A stretch of DNA of 64,000 nt from the NCBI GenBank assembly GCA_001599295.1, contig BCGN01000001.1, forward strand, positions 2,046,001 to 2,110,000, read 5' to 3'. Shown here in pieces: positions 36,755-49,400 of the stretch (position 1 is its first letter; each line of letters starts with the position of its first letter). The translations under genes were made by a program, and so were the position numbers. The notes below the pieces were generated by a model. It ran no database searches. It worked only from the letters and a program-made list of their open reading frames with translations, and was not told the DNA's origin. The DNA is from Sporopachydermia quercuum (taxonomy: Eukaryota).

Positions 36755-37566
36755 TTTCTTTCCACAAGAGGTTTCATTTTCAAGCTACGTCATCTCACAC
36801 CTGAAGCATTACCATGCTTCTCACAATTAACACTCAATTGACCCCTGAAACAGCATTTTTTTTCTCTGACTTGTATACTATAATCCTTCATAGCAATGTC
36901 TTTAATTGGGGTATGAGTATATTATTTTATAGTAGTAAGAAACACATAAATTTTTCTCATTAATTGTCATTTAATTGAATAATATGACCGTGTGAAAACT
37001 GTACCCCTCTACCTGCTTCAGACCATATACATGTAATATTTGATGTTTTACATCCATGACCAACAATAAAATACNTTGTAGAAGTCCTTATAGACTGTAT
37101 AATCACATGACCGTTATATTTTGTAGACTCTCAGAGATAAGGTCCTTTTGGCGATGGTGATGATATATATCTGATAAGAGAGCAAAATGGCTGTTAAAGC
37201 AATTGAGTGCTCTGATAGCTTTTCGAATTATTTGATAATGGTGACCGTGATGGTTTACATTCCATTTTGAATATAACTCCTAAAAGAGGTTTCAATGAAG
37301 ATTTTATCTATTAAGTTAGTGTTTAAGGTGAAGCTAGATGTATTGTGTTCAAGAATAGTATTCCACTCCCAATCTACTCTTTATTTTGTCGATCCATAGG
37401 TTTACTATTGACTACAACGTTGATTGATTGATTTTTATTTTGTTCGAAACTGTTGAAGGAGGATTTAATGGATAGACAAAAATAATCTGGCGCGAAGCTT
37501 TACATTATTCACTTTCGAGGGAGTTGACAACTTGTAATNAATATATGATACTCATCAAGAACCAAT

Positions 37567-39711
37567 ATGATACATAACATAATACATACACAAGTGCCAG
37601 AATCAGACCCAGAATCAAGTCCACTTATGGAACCAGNGCACTCAAGATATGATGAACATTCTTCAAACAAGCCTGAAGTTAGTTTTTTATCACCATCAGA
37701 AAACTACAAATCATTTGAAGATGCTGGGAACTTAGAAAACGGGTTTGGACCTCAATCAAACGGTGTGACGGAGGATCACGATATCTCAAATCAACAATAC
37801 AGCAAAAGAGAAGGCAAAACTAAAATGGATTCTGTTTATGTCACTAACTATGAACCAATTAATATCTCTTCCGGATTGGGTTCACTTTCAGGAAGCGTAT
37901 CAACATATGTTCAGACTATTGACCATAATCAAGTTGAAGACCTAATGTCTTGTTCCGTTAGAGAACTCCACCATATTCTCAGTGAACCTTTGAAAGAAAG
38001 TATTGGTGACTTAGGGAACTTTCCCATTCCCAATGCCCCTTCTCCGCAGATGATTCTTAATCCTCTGCATTATCTAACAAGAGAATCAGCTATCGTCAAA
38101 AAGAGTTTAGAGCAATACTTAGCTGCTCAAGCCTATGTTCTTAGAACTGGGAAAAAATTCAGAGCTTCTAATGGTGAGATTCTATCAATACAGAGGATAC
38201 GGAAAGAATTGAAGGCTTCATGGAGTAAATTGAAAGACATTGAATCAGCATTTGAAGAGTTGTATAACAAGGAAAAAAGCCGGAGGGAAAGTAANGTGAA
38301 ACAGCTCGATTCTTGTGAGTCAAAGAAATCGAGCATTATTGCCAAGGTTAAGTCAATTCGCAGCGACGAAACAACAGAAGCCAGAAAACTAAAATTGCTA
38401 AAAGAAACGAAAAGAGAAATCTTCACAGAAATTGAAGAGTTGAAATTACGACTTGAACAGCTAACTGACCAGGAAAAGCTGGTGGATGAAGAAATTATAT
38501 CAACAGAAAGCGTAATAGAAAGCAGAGCAAGTTCATATGTTGAAAGTTTGCGAGAAATCAATCAAGAAGAATCTTCTTTACTGAGAAACTGGATCGCAGA
38601 AGATCAATCTTTCAATAAGCTTCTACCCATATCCCTTCCTAATCTTTCAAGTATTCAATCAAGATCTAGTTTACCGTTATCTAGAACTTTTTTATCTACT
38701 ATGGAGTCATCTATACGTGATCTGACTGCTACAAAGGGTCTGCAGAAAATTTTGCAAATACCATCTGTGCTATCAGAAACGTTCTCTAATAATAAGGACC
38801 TCGGTTCGGATTCCTTGTTAATATCAACCGATAACAACGAAAAGCAAAATGGAAGTTCCAGTGACGAGATATACTCACTAAATGAGAATTCTGTTGAGGT
38901 TGAATATATGCAAGAATCATTAACGCTTCAAATTGAAGCATTAGAAGAAAATATTTCCAATAAGGCTCAGCAGAAAGTGCAATATGATGCATGCTTATCC
39001 TTGTGGAGAAGTATTGAACAGCTCGTTAATGAAATGGAAGAAAACATTGAAAGCTTAGCTGAATCTAATGCTGAATTAAATGGGAACACTGATAACATAA
39101 GGAAAGTTCTGAAAAGCACTTTAGACATGATTCAATCACGGTATGATACAGCTAAAGAAATACATAATGACGATCTAGCTGATGCTATATCAAATGAGGC
39201 CAATGTGATCTCTACAGCTCTGACATTGATCACAGATAGGGTTCTTTGTAAACCAAAAAATAAAAGCCAAATAGTCTTTGATTCTGACAATGAAGATGGG
39301 TATTACGACAATGAAATGCATCTCTCTGATTTTCATGGCAGTGATAAAATAGGACAGTATTCTAATGGCCCCCACAATTCAGAAGACATTTCTCAACACT
39401 TTTATGAGCCATCAATAACCATTTCTAATAAGCAAAATAATGACAATAGTACTGATTCTATGGACAACCGAAATATTCACAACTTGGGTTCCAGGGTATC
39501 ACCACCTAGCTTTCCTGTGGTAACTGTTTCTAATATCAATGCTGAATATGAGAAACCAAAGCAGAAATCAATCAGAGCCATTGGCGATTTTCAGGTAAGA
39601 AATCCACCCCCAGATAGTATAGGAAAGATATCTAAAGAAATGAAAAAAGTAGGGCAAATAGTAGGTAATATGATTGGAACGAAGAATGAGAAGCAGCAGA
39701 AGAGAGATTGA
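37567..39711 (+). CDS. Long coiled-coil protein, probably Atg28-like (autophagy/pexophagy)
   Basis: 714 aa open frame. The central coiled coil EIEELKLRLEQL...ESVIESRASSYVESL resembles fungal Atg28 as I recall it; this assignment is unverified and the start codon is uncertain. Confidence 0.6.
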   Translation: MIHNIIHTQVPESDPESSPLMEPXHSRYDEHSSNKPEVSFLSPSENYKSFEDAGNLENGFGPQSNGVTEDHDISNQQYSKREGKTKMDSVYVTNYEPINISSGLGSLSGSVSTYVQTIDHNQVEDLMSCSVRELHHILSEPLKESIGDLGNFPIPNAPSPQMILNPLHYLTRESAIVKKSLEQYLAAQAYVLRTGKKFRASNGEILSIQRIRKELKASWSKLKDIESAFEELYNKEKSRRESXVKQLDSCESKKSSIIAKVKSIRSDETTEARKLKLLKETKREIFTEIEELKLRLEQLTDQEKLVDEEIISTESVIESRASSYVESLREINQEESSLLRNWIAEDQSFNKLLPISLPNLSSIQSRSSLPLSRTFLSTMESSIRDLTATKGLQKILQIPSVLSETFSNNKDLGSDSLLISTDNNEKQNGSSSDEIYSLNENSVEVEYMQESLTLQIEALEENISNKAQQKVQYDACLSLWRSIEQLVNEMEENIESLAESNAELNGNTDNIRKVLKSTLDMIQSRYDTAKEIHNDDLADAISNEANVISTALTLITDRVLCKPKNKSQIVFDSDNEDGYYDNEMHLSDFHGSDKIGQYSNGPHNSEDISQHFYEPSITISNKQNNDNSTDSMDNRNIHNLGSRVSPPSFPVVTVSNINAEYEKPKQKSIRAIGDFQVRNPPPDSIGKISKEMKKVGQIVGNMIGTKNEKQQKRD

Positions 39712-40225
39712 GTGTATGATGAAAACAATTGTTACGATAGTTGCTGAGATTATTAATCTATATTTAACCTCTTGATCAAAATAATTTTAGTACATAATAT
39801 TTAATTGCTATGCACTTCCAGTATGTATTTTTTGTATTTCAAGAATGAATTAATTGATGTACATCAATTCCCAATGATACAGTGTATGACTCCCATAATT
39901 ACCCTTCTCGGTGAAAATGCAAACTTTAAAATTTCATAGAACCCGGGGAAAATTTTCATCGTACCGCCGCTCTTATTAAGTGTAATTTGATTTCCATTAG
40001 TTCATTTCTTCGCCAGAGTTTTATCCTTATAAATACTTCAATGCATCATGTATCATAGTAAAATTATTATAAAGGAAGAAAAGTAGAGAATTCTAATCTT
40101 TGTCTTTATTCTATTTTATTTAACCTTCGTTTTTGTTCTTTGATTTTTCAACCTTTAAGCCATTTGGTAGGCAGTTTTTAATTGATTCTATGAGAAGCAG
40201 CAGAATTTTATATAAAGCAAGCAAG

Positions 40226-41468
40226 ATGGCACCCTTAAGACGAATCTTTTTGGATAAGCCAGCTGACATGCATGTTCATCTTCGAACTGGTGATATGATG
40301 AAGTTGGTTACTCCAACAGTGAAACAAGGTGGTATTTCTATTGCTTATGTTATGGTATGTTTGGTATTAGTACAGCGTCTAGAATGATTTGGTAGATCCC
40401 AAGAGGTTTAAAAGAACTATCGTTTTATGGATATTTGATTGATGAAAGAATCAATATATGTGTACATCAATCAATTTAATTTAGCTTACTAACTTTTAAT
40501 AGCCTAACTTGACACCACCAGTTGATAGTTTAGATGTTGTTAGAAAGTATGAGAAAGAGCTAGAAGCCATTGCTCCAGAGACTACATTCATGATGACATA
40601 TTATCTCAACAAAAATATTACCCCAGAATTGATAAATAAGTCTAAAGGAGCTATTTCTGGAGTTAAATGTTATCCTGCTGGCGTCACAACAAACTCTGCT
40701 GAATCTGGTGTTGATCCCAATGATTTCAGTCCTTTCTACCCTGTTTTTGAAGCAATGGAAAAAAATGGGCTAGTTCTGAATATCCATGGAGAATGTCCTG
40801 ATAATCACAACCATCAAGGTAAAGATGCTATCAATGTGTTGAACGCTGAACCCAAATTTTTACCAATTCTACTTAAACTTCACGAAGATTTTCCAAAACT
40901 CAAGATCGTTTTTGAGCATTGTACAACTGCCCAAGCCATCGAAACTATCGATAAGTTAAATGAAAACTGGAAAGAAGGCGATGAGATTTTTGTTGCTGCT
41001 TCTATCACAGCTCATCATCTGTACTTGACTATTGATAACTGGGCTGGAAATCCTTCAAACTTCTGTAAACCAGTTGCTAAATTTGCTACTGATAGATCTG
41101 CTTTAGTTGATGCTGCCATCTCAGGAAAACCTTGGTTTTTCTTTGGTTCTGATAGTGCTCCACATCCTTTGAAGAATAAGAAGAAAGCTGTTGGCGCCTC
41201 AGCAGGTGTTTATACTCAAAGCCACGCACTTGGNTATGTTGCTGAGATTTTCGAAAAGCATGGTAAGCTTGACAATTTGAAAAAGTTTGTTACTGATAAT
41301 GGAAGAGCATTCTACAATGTTGAAGATAAGGATATTATCGGCAGTCAAACTGTGACATTGGTTGAGAAAGAATCGACTATCCCGCAATTAATTGGTGAAG
41401 GTGATGAAGGTGTTCTACCTTTCAGAGCAGGTGAGACTCTTAAGTGGTCTGTTGAATGGAGTGATTAA
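40226..41468 (+). CDS. URA4: Dihydroorotase (spliced, ~364 aa)
   Basis: Exon 1 40226-40354 with DMHVHLR; intron 40355-40502 (GTATGT, tactaac, atAG) yields YVMPNLTPP. Also KCYPAGVTTNS, HGE, EHCTT, FCKPVAK, FFGSDSAPH. Confidence 0.97.
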
Positions 41469-43223
41469 TGNATATAGAAACCAAATTATCAGTATGAGAA
41501 TTACTGCTCTTAAGAGATATTCTTCTCTCCTCAAATGTATTTACAATGTCATTTCCACTGTTTTACAACGACACCGATTGAGTGTTGTAAAACAAGCAGT
41601 TAAAGCAATCTACTTGATGGCCAGCAAAGCTTCTGTCACAGTTCAATCAATGCTAGATCGAAGTCTCTCTTGCTATTTGCCTGGTTCTCAAAAATACACT
41701 ACCCTTCCAGATGTTGTATTGAATAGAATAGTGGTAATAATAAACTATATTAAACTGCAGTAATGACTGCCTTGAGCTCTGTGGTTCCAAATGAGTGCTC
41801 TCTCTTAAATATTATCATCAGAAGCGGTGAGCAACTGGCAACGAATGTTCCCTATGTCTATTTCTTTTCATAGCCATTAGTCTGATAAAAGTTTACGTTA
41901 CCGCTGAATTATAATATAATGGCATCACATTGTCTGAATATAATTTACTTCAATGGTTTAAGTGATAATTATAGATATTGTTGGGATGGAAACTAGAAAC
42001 AAAGTATTACCACAGAGAGAGTGTTTTTTTTTTTTGAAACTGTGAATGCAAACTTCATACTGGAGTATTGGCTGATGAAACACATAATTAATAGAAATCA
42101 GATAGATTTGAACATTCAATAAACTATTTGAATACAATAACTGAACACAGGAACTTAAAGAGGATATTCTTAGTTTCTTTTGCATAAGAACATAAAAGAA
42201 AATATAATAGTATCCTTCCTTAATAGGTTGCTGTTCAAACACAAATTTTTATAAAGAATATTACTTGAAACTTTTAAGGTTAACTTTTGGGTATTTCTAC
42301 TAACATATGTAATTGTCAAACTTAATTGTTAGTTCGTAGAAATGCCGGTGGTTGCTATTTTCAAGACAAACAAAAATCTCGTGCTTCTCATATAAGGTAC
42401 AAAAAACTGTAGAGTAAAAGAAATCAGAGTGTATATGTGATAATTCGTCAGCAAGATACATCTCATTTATTTCTTTTCCTCTATTTATGCATCAGCATTA
42501 AGAAGTGGGAAACTGACAAGAATAATAAGTTTTAGGTTTCAGAATAAAAGTAAACTCTACAATTTAGGTTGTTCAGTTGTTAACCTTAGTTTTACTTTTC
42601 AGAACACCGATTCGTTTCTTCATCTCATGAACCCAGAAATCTTGAAGATTCTAACACTTCTGAGCGAAAATATTAAGTTCTCTTTTTTTTAAGTCAATGT
42701 TATCATGATTGTTTTATTCATTAATAAACAAGTTTTCTTAATCCTCAACATAATTTGCTTCATACTCCTTTTGCACCAACATTTTCCAACAACCTTAGGC
42801 ATATTCAAATAAAGTTGGAACGAAACAATCTTCCAAAGCCAAATCTTGATTAAACTCTCAAGTACTTAAGCACTTCTAAAATCACAGCTCAAATCAATTT
42901 ATCACCAGCCACATCGATCAATATCACAACAATACCCTTTCTTTCTGTTTTTTTATTCCTTTATTACTTACTCATGATTTCTGAGATAACAAAATAGTAG
43001 TTACTTGCTTTTCATAAATAACGCTCAGCTAACTTTCATTATCTAGTTCCTAGTGATCACATATTGGTTCATTGATTACTTAAACATCTCTGATAGTCTT
43101 TGTGCTAAGCTATTTGTTATATGAGGACCCTCAGTGTTATCATTAACAATTAACTCAACTGTAGAAGACGCTTTCCAACATATACATTATATTTGGATAC
43201 TCAAATAGTGATAAACTGCTGGA

Positions 43224-45422
43224 ATGAATATTTTTGACTATGAATCTATTCTTGGAGAACCGTCAGATGTCCGAACTAGTGGTGATTCTGCTTCTAAGGC
43301 TGAAGCCCTCTCGTCGAATACAGAGCCATCATCATCTACATCTACGAATTCAGTAAAGCCAATTGACGAAGATGTGAAATCAACTTTTGATCAGATTAAC
43401 TCCTTGGTAAATCTAATTTTTGATGCTGGCTATACAAACGGTCAATTCTCTGATATAGAGATTGAAGCTTTTGACAGGAAATATAAACTTCATAAGTTAA
43501 TATTGAGACAATGTTCTTACTTTGCTGCGCTATTTGATGGACCATGGCAAGATTCTAAGGAGGAGCGTATTAAGCTCGAATTTGATAGTAATTACATATC
43601 AGTGAAAGATCTAGAAACTGTATTTTCAAGGCTTTATGGAAGAATTCAGATCGAAGCAGAGGAAGAAAATCTTCTAGGTATGATTGCTATTGGGAGCTAT
43701 CTTGGTTTAGGAAGTTTAGTTGACTCAACAGCCGAAAAACTGATCAAAGGAATTTCTTTTCAGAATGTTGGTCAATATTTTCTATTCGCAATGCAAAACG
43801 AGTACGGACATGCCAGTGAGAAAGTGATTGATGCTTGCAAAGGTGTATTATGTCTTGAAGGATGGGAAGCAGGCAGCGAAGCTTGGGATAAACTACCAAT
43901 CGAAATAATACTAGATGTAATTAGTTCAGATCAGTTCTTTATAGGAAGTGAATTTGATAGATTTTTATTTATTCTTTCATTGATNAAAAGAAGAGAGAAT
44001 ATGCTGAGAGATGCACAATTAGAGCTTAAGAGGGAATCTGAAACAAAAATTGAGACTGGCCTTGAAAGTGAAATAAAAACCAAGGACATCTGTGAAAACG
44101 ATGATACAACAACTAAAGAAGACATACCATCGAACTCTATAGATTCACCTACTTTGGTTACTTATGAAGAACTCAGTGATCATTTGAATAATCTTACCCT
44201 AGAATATACTGGTGATAACGCAAACAAGCAAGAAACTTCTGATAATGAAGCCATGTTGCATTTAATTGTAGAGATCAATGAATTGAAAAATGAAATAATT
44301 GAACTAATCAATTGCCTAAATACCAAGGTTCGATACTGTCACATTCCTGAAATAGTCCTTGTTCAACTGGAATCCATAGTTAATAATGAAGGAAAGCCAT
44401 ATCTTAAAACAGAGACACTGAAACTAGGTACATGGCAACAAACGAAGTTGAAGCAGCTAACGAGTATAAAGAGTTATCTGAAAACTGATACATTGGGCTT
44501 GACGACAAGAATTAGAAACAATCTTTCATGTGAATACCATGCAGTTCCTGAATATGATATTTCTGCTGTTGGTACTCCCAAAAGTTTACAGAAAAAGCTA
44601 GATTCCAAAGAATTGCAGCAGAAAAAACACAAGACAGGAAACCATGGAGATCCAGGATACGGTCTATGGACCGAGATACCCCCTTTCAGGATTTCTGTTG
44701 CATTCACGAATATAAACCTGCTTAAAGAAGGCGTAAGAGTCAACACCAACGAGTTTTGGTATTCTGGTTCATTTTGGAACGTATATATTCAAAAAGTCAG
44801 CCATAAAGAGACTTTTGAGATTGGTGTATACATTCATAGAGCAAAACTTCCTAGTTCAAATTCATTAGACATAAAGTCACTATCGACGGCTACTGGTATG
44901 CATGGATCAACACCACAGCCTTCAAATATTGGATCTGCAAGAAAGATATGTTCCTGGAATNGCCATAACTCGTTTACTGATGCATCAAGCCCAAATTCTT
45001 CCCAACAAAGTTCTCAAGGGAATCTTCATCATAGCAATGTTTTTGGGTACTCTCAACATTCATTTAACTCTGGATCCCACACCAATTACACCAGTGTATC
45101 CGCACTAAGTAATCAGGCGTGCGAACTCTCGCTTGAATGTCGTCAAATATTATCTCAGTACAGCATTCATAAGCTTTTAGTCAACCAAGATACTGATTAC
45201 AAAGACTTCCGGCATTCAATCAAGAGCTATTTCATTATATACGGCCAATCTAGTACTGGGAATGGAAATATGACATGCTTTAGATCACGACAGGATACTT
45301 TTGCTATTTCTCAAAGTTGGGGATGGAAAAGTAGTAAAATATGCAAATTTGATAGTTCTGGAAAGTTGGAAAAAGGTCAACCAACTACACTCAAATTTAC
45401 AATCTTGCTAGGAAATGTCTGA
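43224..45422 (+). CDS. BTB/POZ-domain protein with C-terminal MATH-like region (fungal germ-cell-less-like, putative Cul3 adaptor)
   Basis: 732 aa. BTB motif FSDIEIEAFDRKYKLHKLILRQCSYFAALF; EFDRFLF; PPFRISVAF, FWYSGSFWNVYIQK and SQSWGWKS. Confidence 0.8.
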   Translation: MNIFDYESILGEPSDVRTSGDSASKAEALSSNTEPSSSTSTNSVKPIDEDVKSTFDQINSLVNLIFDAGYTNGQFSDIEIEAFDRKYKLHKLILRQCSYFAALFDGPWQDSKEERIKLEFDSNYISVKDLETVFSRLYGRIQIEAEEENLLGMIAIGSYLGLGSLVDSTAEKLIKGISFQNVGQYFLFAMQNEYGHASEKVIDACKGVLCLEGWEAGSEAWDKLPIEIILDVISSDQFFIGSEFDRFLFILSLXKRRENMLRDAQLELKRESETKIETGLESEIKTKDICENDDTTTKEDIPSNSIDSPTLVTYEELSDHLNNLTLEYTGDNANKQETSDNEAMLHLIVEINELKNEIIELINCLNTKVRYCHIPEIVLVQLESIVNNEGKPYLKTETLKLGTWQQTKLKQLTSIKSYLKTDTLGLTTRIRNNLSCEYHAVPEYDISAVGTPKSLQKKLDSKELQQKKHKTGNHGDPGYGLWTEIPPFRISVAFTNINLLKEGVRVNTNEFWYSGSFWNVYIQKVSHKETFEIGVYIHRAKLPSSNSLDIKSLSTATGMHGSTPQPSNIGSARKICSWNXHNSFTDASSPNSSQQSSQGNLHHSNVFGYSQHSFNSGSHTNYTSVSALSNQACELSLECRQILSQYSIHKLLVNQDTDYKDFRHSIKSYFIIYGQSSTGNGNMTCFRSRQDTFAISQSWGWKSSKICKFDSSGKLEKGQPTTLKFTILLGNV

Positions 45423-46434
45423 GTGCAGAAGGAATATATTTGTTGTTGGAAAGCCAGTCAATACTTATTATTTCCAGTTACAGGACAACTAGCAGGAAAA
45501 ACTTGCATTGAATCACAGTTCACGACAACTTCACTCGCTGGTTGTAACCAGTAACGTAACATTGATGTATCATATAGTGGGATACTATCTGCTCATGAAT
45601 TGATAAAATCTCAANATATATGTTAAATTGGTTCTCAACAACTCTTTTGTGCAGAAGAATGTACTCAAATAGGTCCTTACTTTTCAACTGCCTCCAATTA
45701 TGTTAAGGTTTATGAAATTTCACGTTTTTTTTTAAACTGAACATTATAGTTTAAGTTTTTTCCCGAAACGTTGAAATATGTAGACGTTAAATGTATCCTT
45801 AACAACGAATTGTACCATCATTGTCCTTTGACTTACTATTATATTACATATTATAATAACTTTTCAAAATGCTAGAACAATAAATGCTATTAATTCTTAT
45901 TAGTCGGTAGGAATCATAATTTCCTTCATATCTGTAACCAGTTGAATTTCATTATTCACTCAGATTCAAGCCATAGTATGTTTAATCATAATCAATAAGA
46001 AATACGTGCTAGATACGTGTAACATAAGCAGACAGACCGTAATACTATTGTTCTACCTTGCATCGAGATCTAACTAGGTATCTTATAAATGAAACGTACT
46101 TAGTAAATGAACAAGTAGTGAAATCATTTGTATAAGATATCTTTTATTCAAATAAATGATTGGCATATGTGAATAAACTATTTGCTAATTTTATCTCTAA
46201 TTTTACTTGTGTCGAAGTATGCAGCAATACATAATTTCATGTATAACTTGCACGCTACAAACCTTATCATTAAGCAACAATTATCATTCAATTTTCGTTC
46301 AACTATAACATAAAATATACAAAAATAGAATACTCAAAGATAGCATTAAACTAACAACTAACTTTCACTAATTCTCATCTTCTCTAACTTACTCTTCTTT
46401 CTCTTAACTCAACTGTGGAGATTACTAAACCTTC

Positions 46435-49400
46435 TCAATTTCTATTCACTCTTGCTGGTGTATAAACACTTAAACTCCTTACTAAGGAACCAACTCTTGA
46501 ATGCGTCTTTACTTGAGATTGATGTAAATTAGCTCTTGTTTTAGCAAACTCACTATCATTTTCATAATCTTGGACCTCGTCTTCGACATATTCTTCTTCC
46601 TCTGGTACTGGTTCAAATGAAAGCTCCCCTGCATCTTTCTTTATCAGATATAATAATGCATTATACCAGACATTATGTCGATGTGAGTTAGGACATGTGA
46701 TTTTGATATCTTTATCATTAGTTTTGATAATGATACTCTTATGGAATAATCCTGGTGGTAATGGATTATTATCTTCAATTGCTTCAACTCCTAAAATTGC
46801 TGCTGCCTTGGTTGTGTCATCGGATGGATTACCAATTACTGGGTTCTTATCGGACCAATACAGTGTCATTGTATAAGGATGAACCCAAAAGTATCTCGAG
46901 TGTCTATTCTCGGTTATACCCGAAAAGGAGAATTTACTATTTCGGTAATATTTGTAAAGGAATTCACCAATGACAATTTGGGTTACCGCAGGAATCATAT
47001 TTCTATCAGAAAGCGAAGCATTTGTCCCAAGAGTCACATGTGAGTTTTGATACAACGAACCAATTTCTGGTGATTTAACTGCCGCTGGAATGCTATGATT
47101 GGAAATTGAAGCGGTCTCAACAATGTTGCCACGGGTAAGGACTTTCCCTTGTGATGGCCTTAAAACAGGTGGTCCCATTCTATCATCAGTAGCTAACCCA
47201 GCAGCTAATCCAGTAGATAGGCCCGCTACTGCTCCCCTAGCAACAGTTGCACTAGCTACATTATCAGAAAGATCCTCGGAAACATGAGGTGAAATTCCAT
47301 CTAAATACATGGGAACAGCAACCAGTTTTGATTCTTTAAGTTCTTGATATTCCTTTCTTGGAATCAAGATTGAATCCAACCTATCGGCAACTTCTTCTAA
47401 GGTTTCAGTATTTTGGTTGCTATGAGTTTTCTGCAACAATGTATGATAAAACTCATCTGAGATAGCGACCATTTTTTCAGGTATCACTTCTTCTTCATTT
47501 GACGTTTTATCCGCTAATCCTCTTCCATTTTCTTCTACGAAAAAGCTTCCTCTATCTTTCATATCATTATAATCCGTCATTCTAACTTTAACGAAACCAC
47601 CTTCGACGATTGAAGCTTCTTCAGCTGACTTTCCAACCGAGAATTCCGAACCGGAGTTTCTGTTTCCAATATCTCTTTCCCTTTCTGGAACAGAAAGCTC
47701 ATCGGAATTGCCTTTCAGTAGTCTCAAATAATTGTCTCTAGCTAATAGAACCATTCCGTATTTTTCCGCTGTTACACCAATATCTTCCATTGTAACTTCT
47801 CGGTTAGCTTCTTCTTGCAATAATTCAAGTTCCTTATTGGCAATAAGAACCATTCCGAGGTCTTCTGCTCTTGTTTGCAAAATGGAAATATCTGGTCGTT
47901 CTAATTGATCACGTAATAATTTATTCTCTTCAGTTGATATTAATACAAACCCGCTTCTTGTTGCTGCTTGCTGCAATTCTTCTACTGTTGGTTGTTCAAC
48001 ACGACGATATAACTCACGTAAATTGTCCGATGAGACAGCTTGTAGGTTTAGCTCTCCGCATCTCCTTCCAATTTCTTCTGGTGTAGCTTTGAAACCAAGG
48101 CGTTCCAGCTCACGATACTCTTCCGTAGGGATAACTGTTAGTTTATGGCTAGCAGCCAAAGTTTGGATGGTATGCAAACTAGGAGATCTAAGCGAGGAAA
48201 GCTCCTGTTCAGGAATAACTGCGTAATTTAAGCTTTCGGCTTGATTGGTGAGTTCGGCTAAGGTCAAGTCGCGAACGTGAGCATTACTATCGACCGCCTT
48301 TGCAACGGCCCCTCCACTGCCAGCAGCAGCACCAGTAGTAGCACCCGCGGCATTTCCCGTGGCACTTATAGTAGTTCCTGTAGCCCTTCCTACCATTCCA
48401 GCGGCCCCAACGGCACCAGCAGCTAAGGTTCCAATAGCTGTACCGGTTAAAGCACCAACTCCGAATTTACTACCATGTTTGGTTTCAGCCTGATTCTGCA
48501 GGAATTCAAACTCATTCTTCTTAATAACAATCATACCGTGTTTACAAGCTAGAGATTGCAATCGATCAGGACTTGGATTGTAGAGTTTTCCCAATTCGGC
48601 ATCCGATATCACGGAGTATCCGAGCGGCTTTAGATCTGCTTCCAACTGTGGTAAATCTTCCAAGGTAACTTTAGTGCTTTCAGAGAATGACGATGCTGAG
48701 GCATTAGAAACGACAGAGTTTCGGGACCTTCGTGACAAAAGTCTGTTCTTTAGGCTTAAACGAGGTGAGGGCATATCTGTGCTTGAACCACTGGCAGCAG
48801 CTTCGGTCAAAGTTAAGAAATCGGATACTCTGATCGCTTTGAGATCTTGCTCTTCACACATGGCAACCAATTCAGATTTTGATAGCTTTTTATTCTTAAG
48901 GGTGATCAACTCTTCTGTTGGAATTACTTCGTATCCTAGCTTACCTGCTTCCTTTTGTAAAGCATCGGTTGAAATTATAGGTATGTCAGAAACGATACTG
49001 TCTGAAATTTTGGCTGAAGCAGTTAACAAGCCGAGGTATTCCGATGATGGGATCACTACTGCGTCGAATTTGCCTGCCGCATACTTCAAGTCTTCTAAGT
49101 CAGGTTCCGGGACGGATTTAGTTTCAGTANTAGCAGTGAATTCAGTTATCGGTTCCGTTCCAGGTTCAACAACGGCTGATTTAGCAACTGCTTTCACTGG
49201 AGAATCATCTTCAATTTCAGAAGCGGAAATGGTTTCGGACGTAGGCACTTGTCTAGGAAGCTCAGAAACTGTTTCCGTTTTCGGCACAAGAACAAAACCA
49301 TGTTTTACAGCTTCAGTAGCCAAAGTCTGTTCATTAACTTCTATATTTGTAATCGAACTCGTGCTTGCTGTTGCTTGAGATTGTAAATCCTCATATTCCT

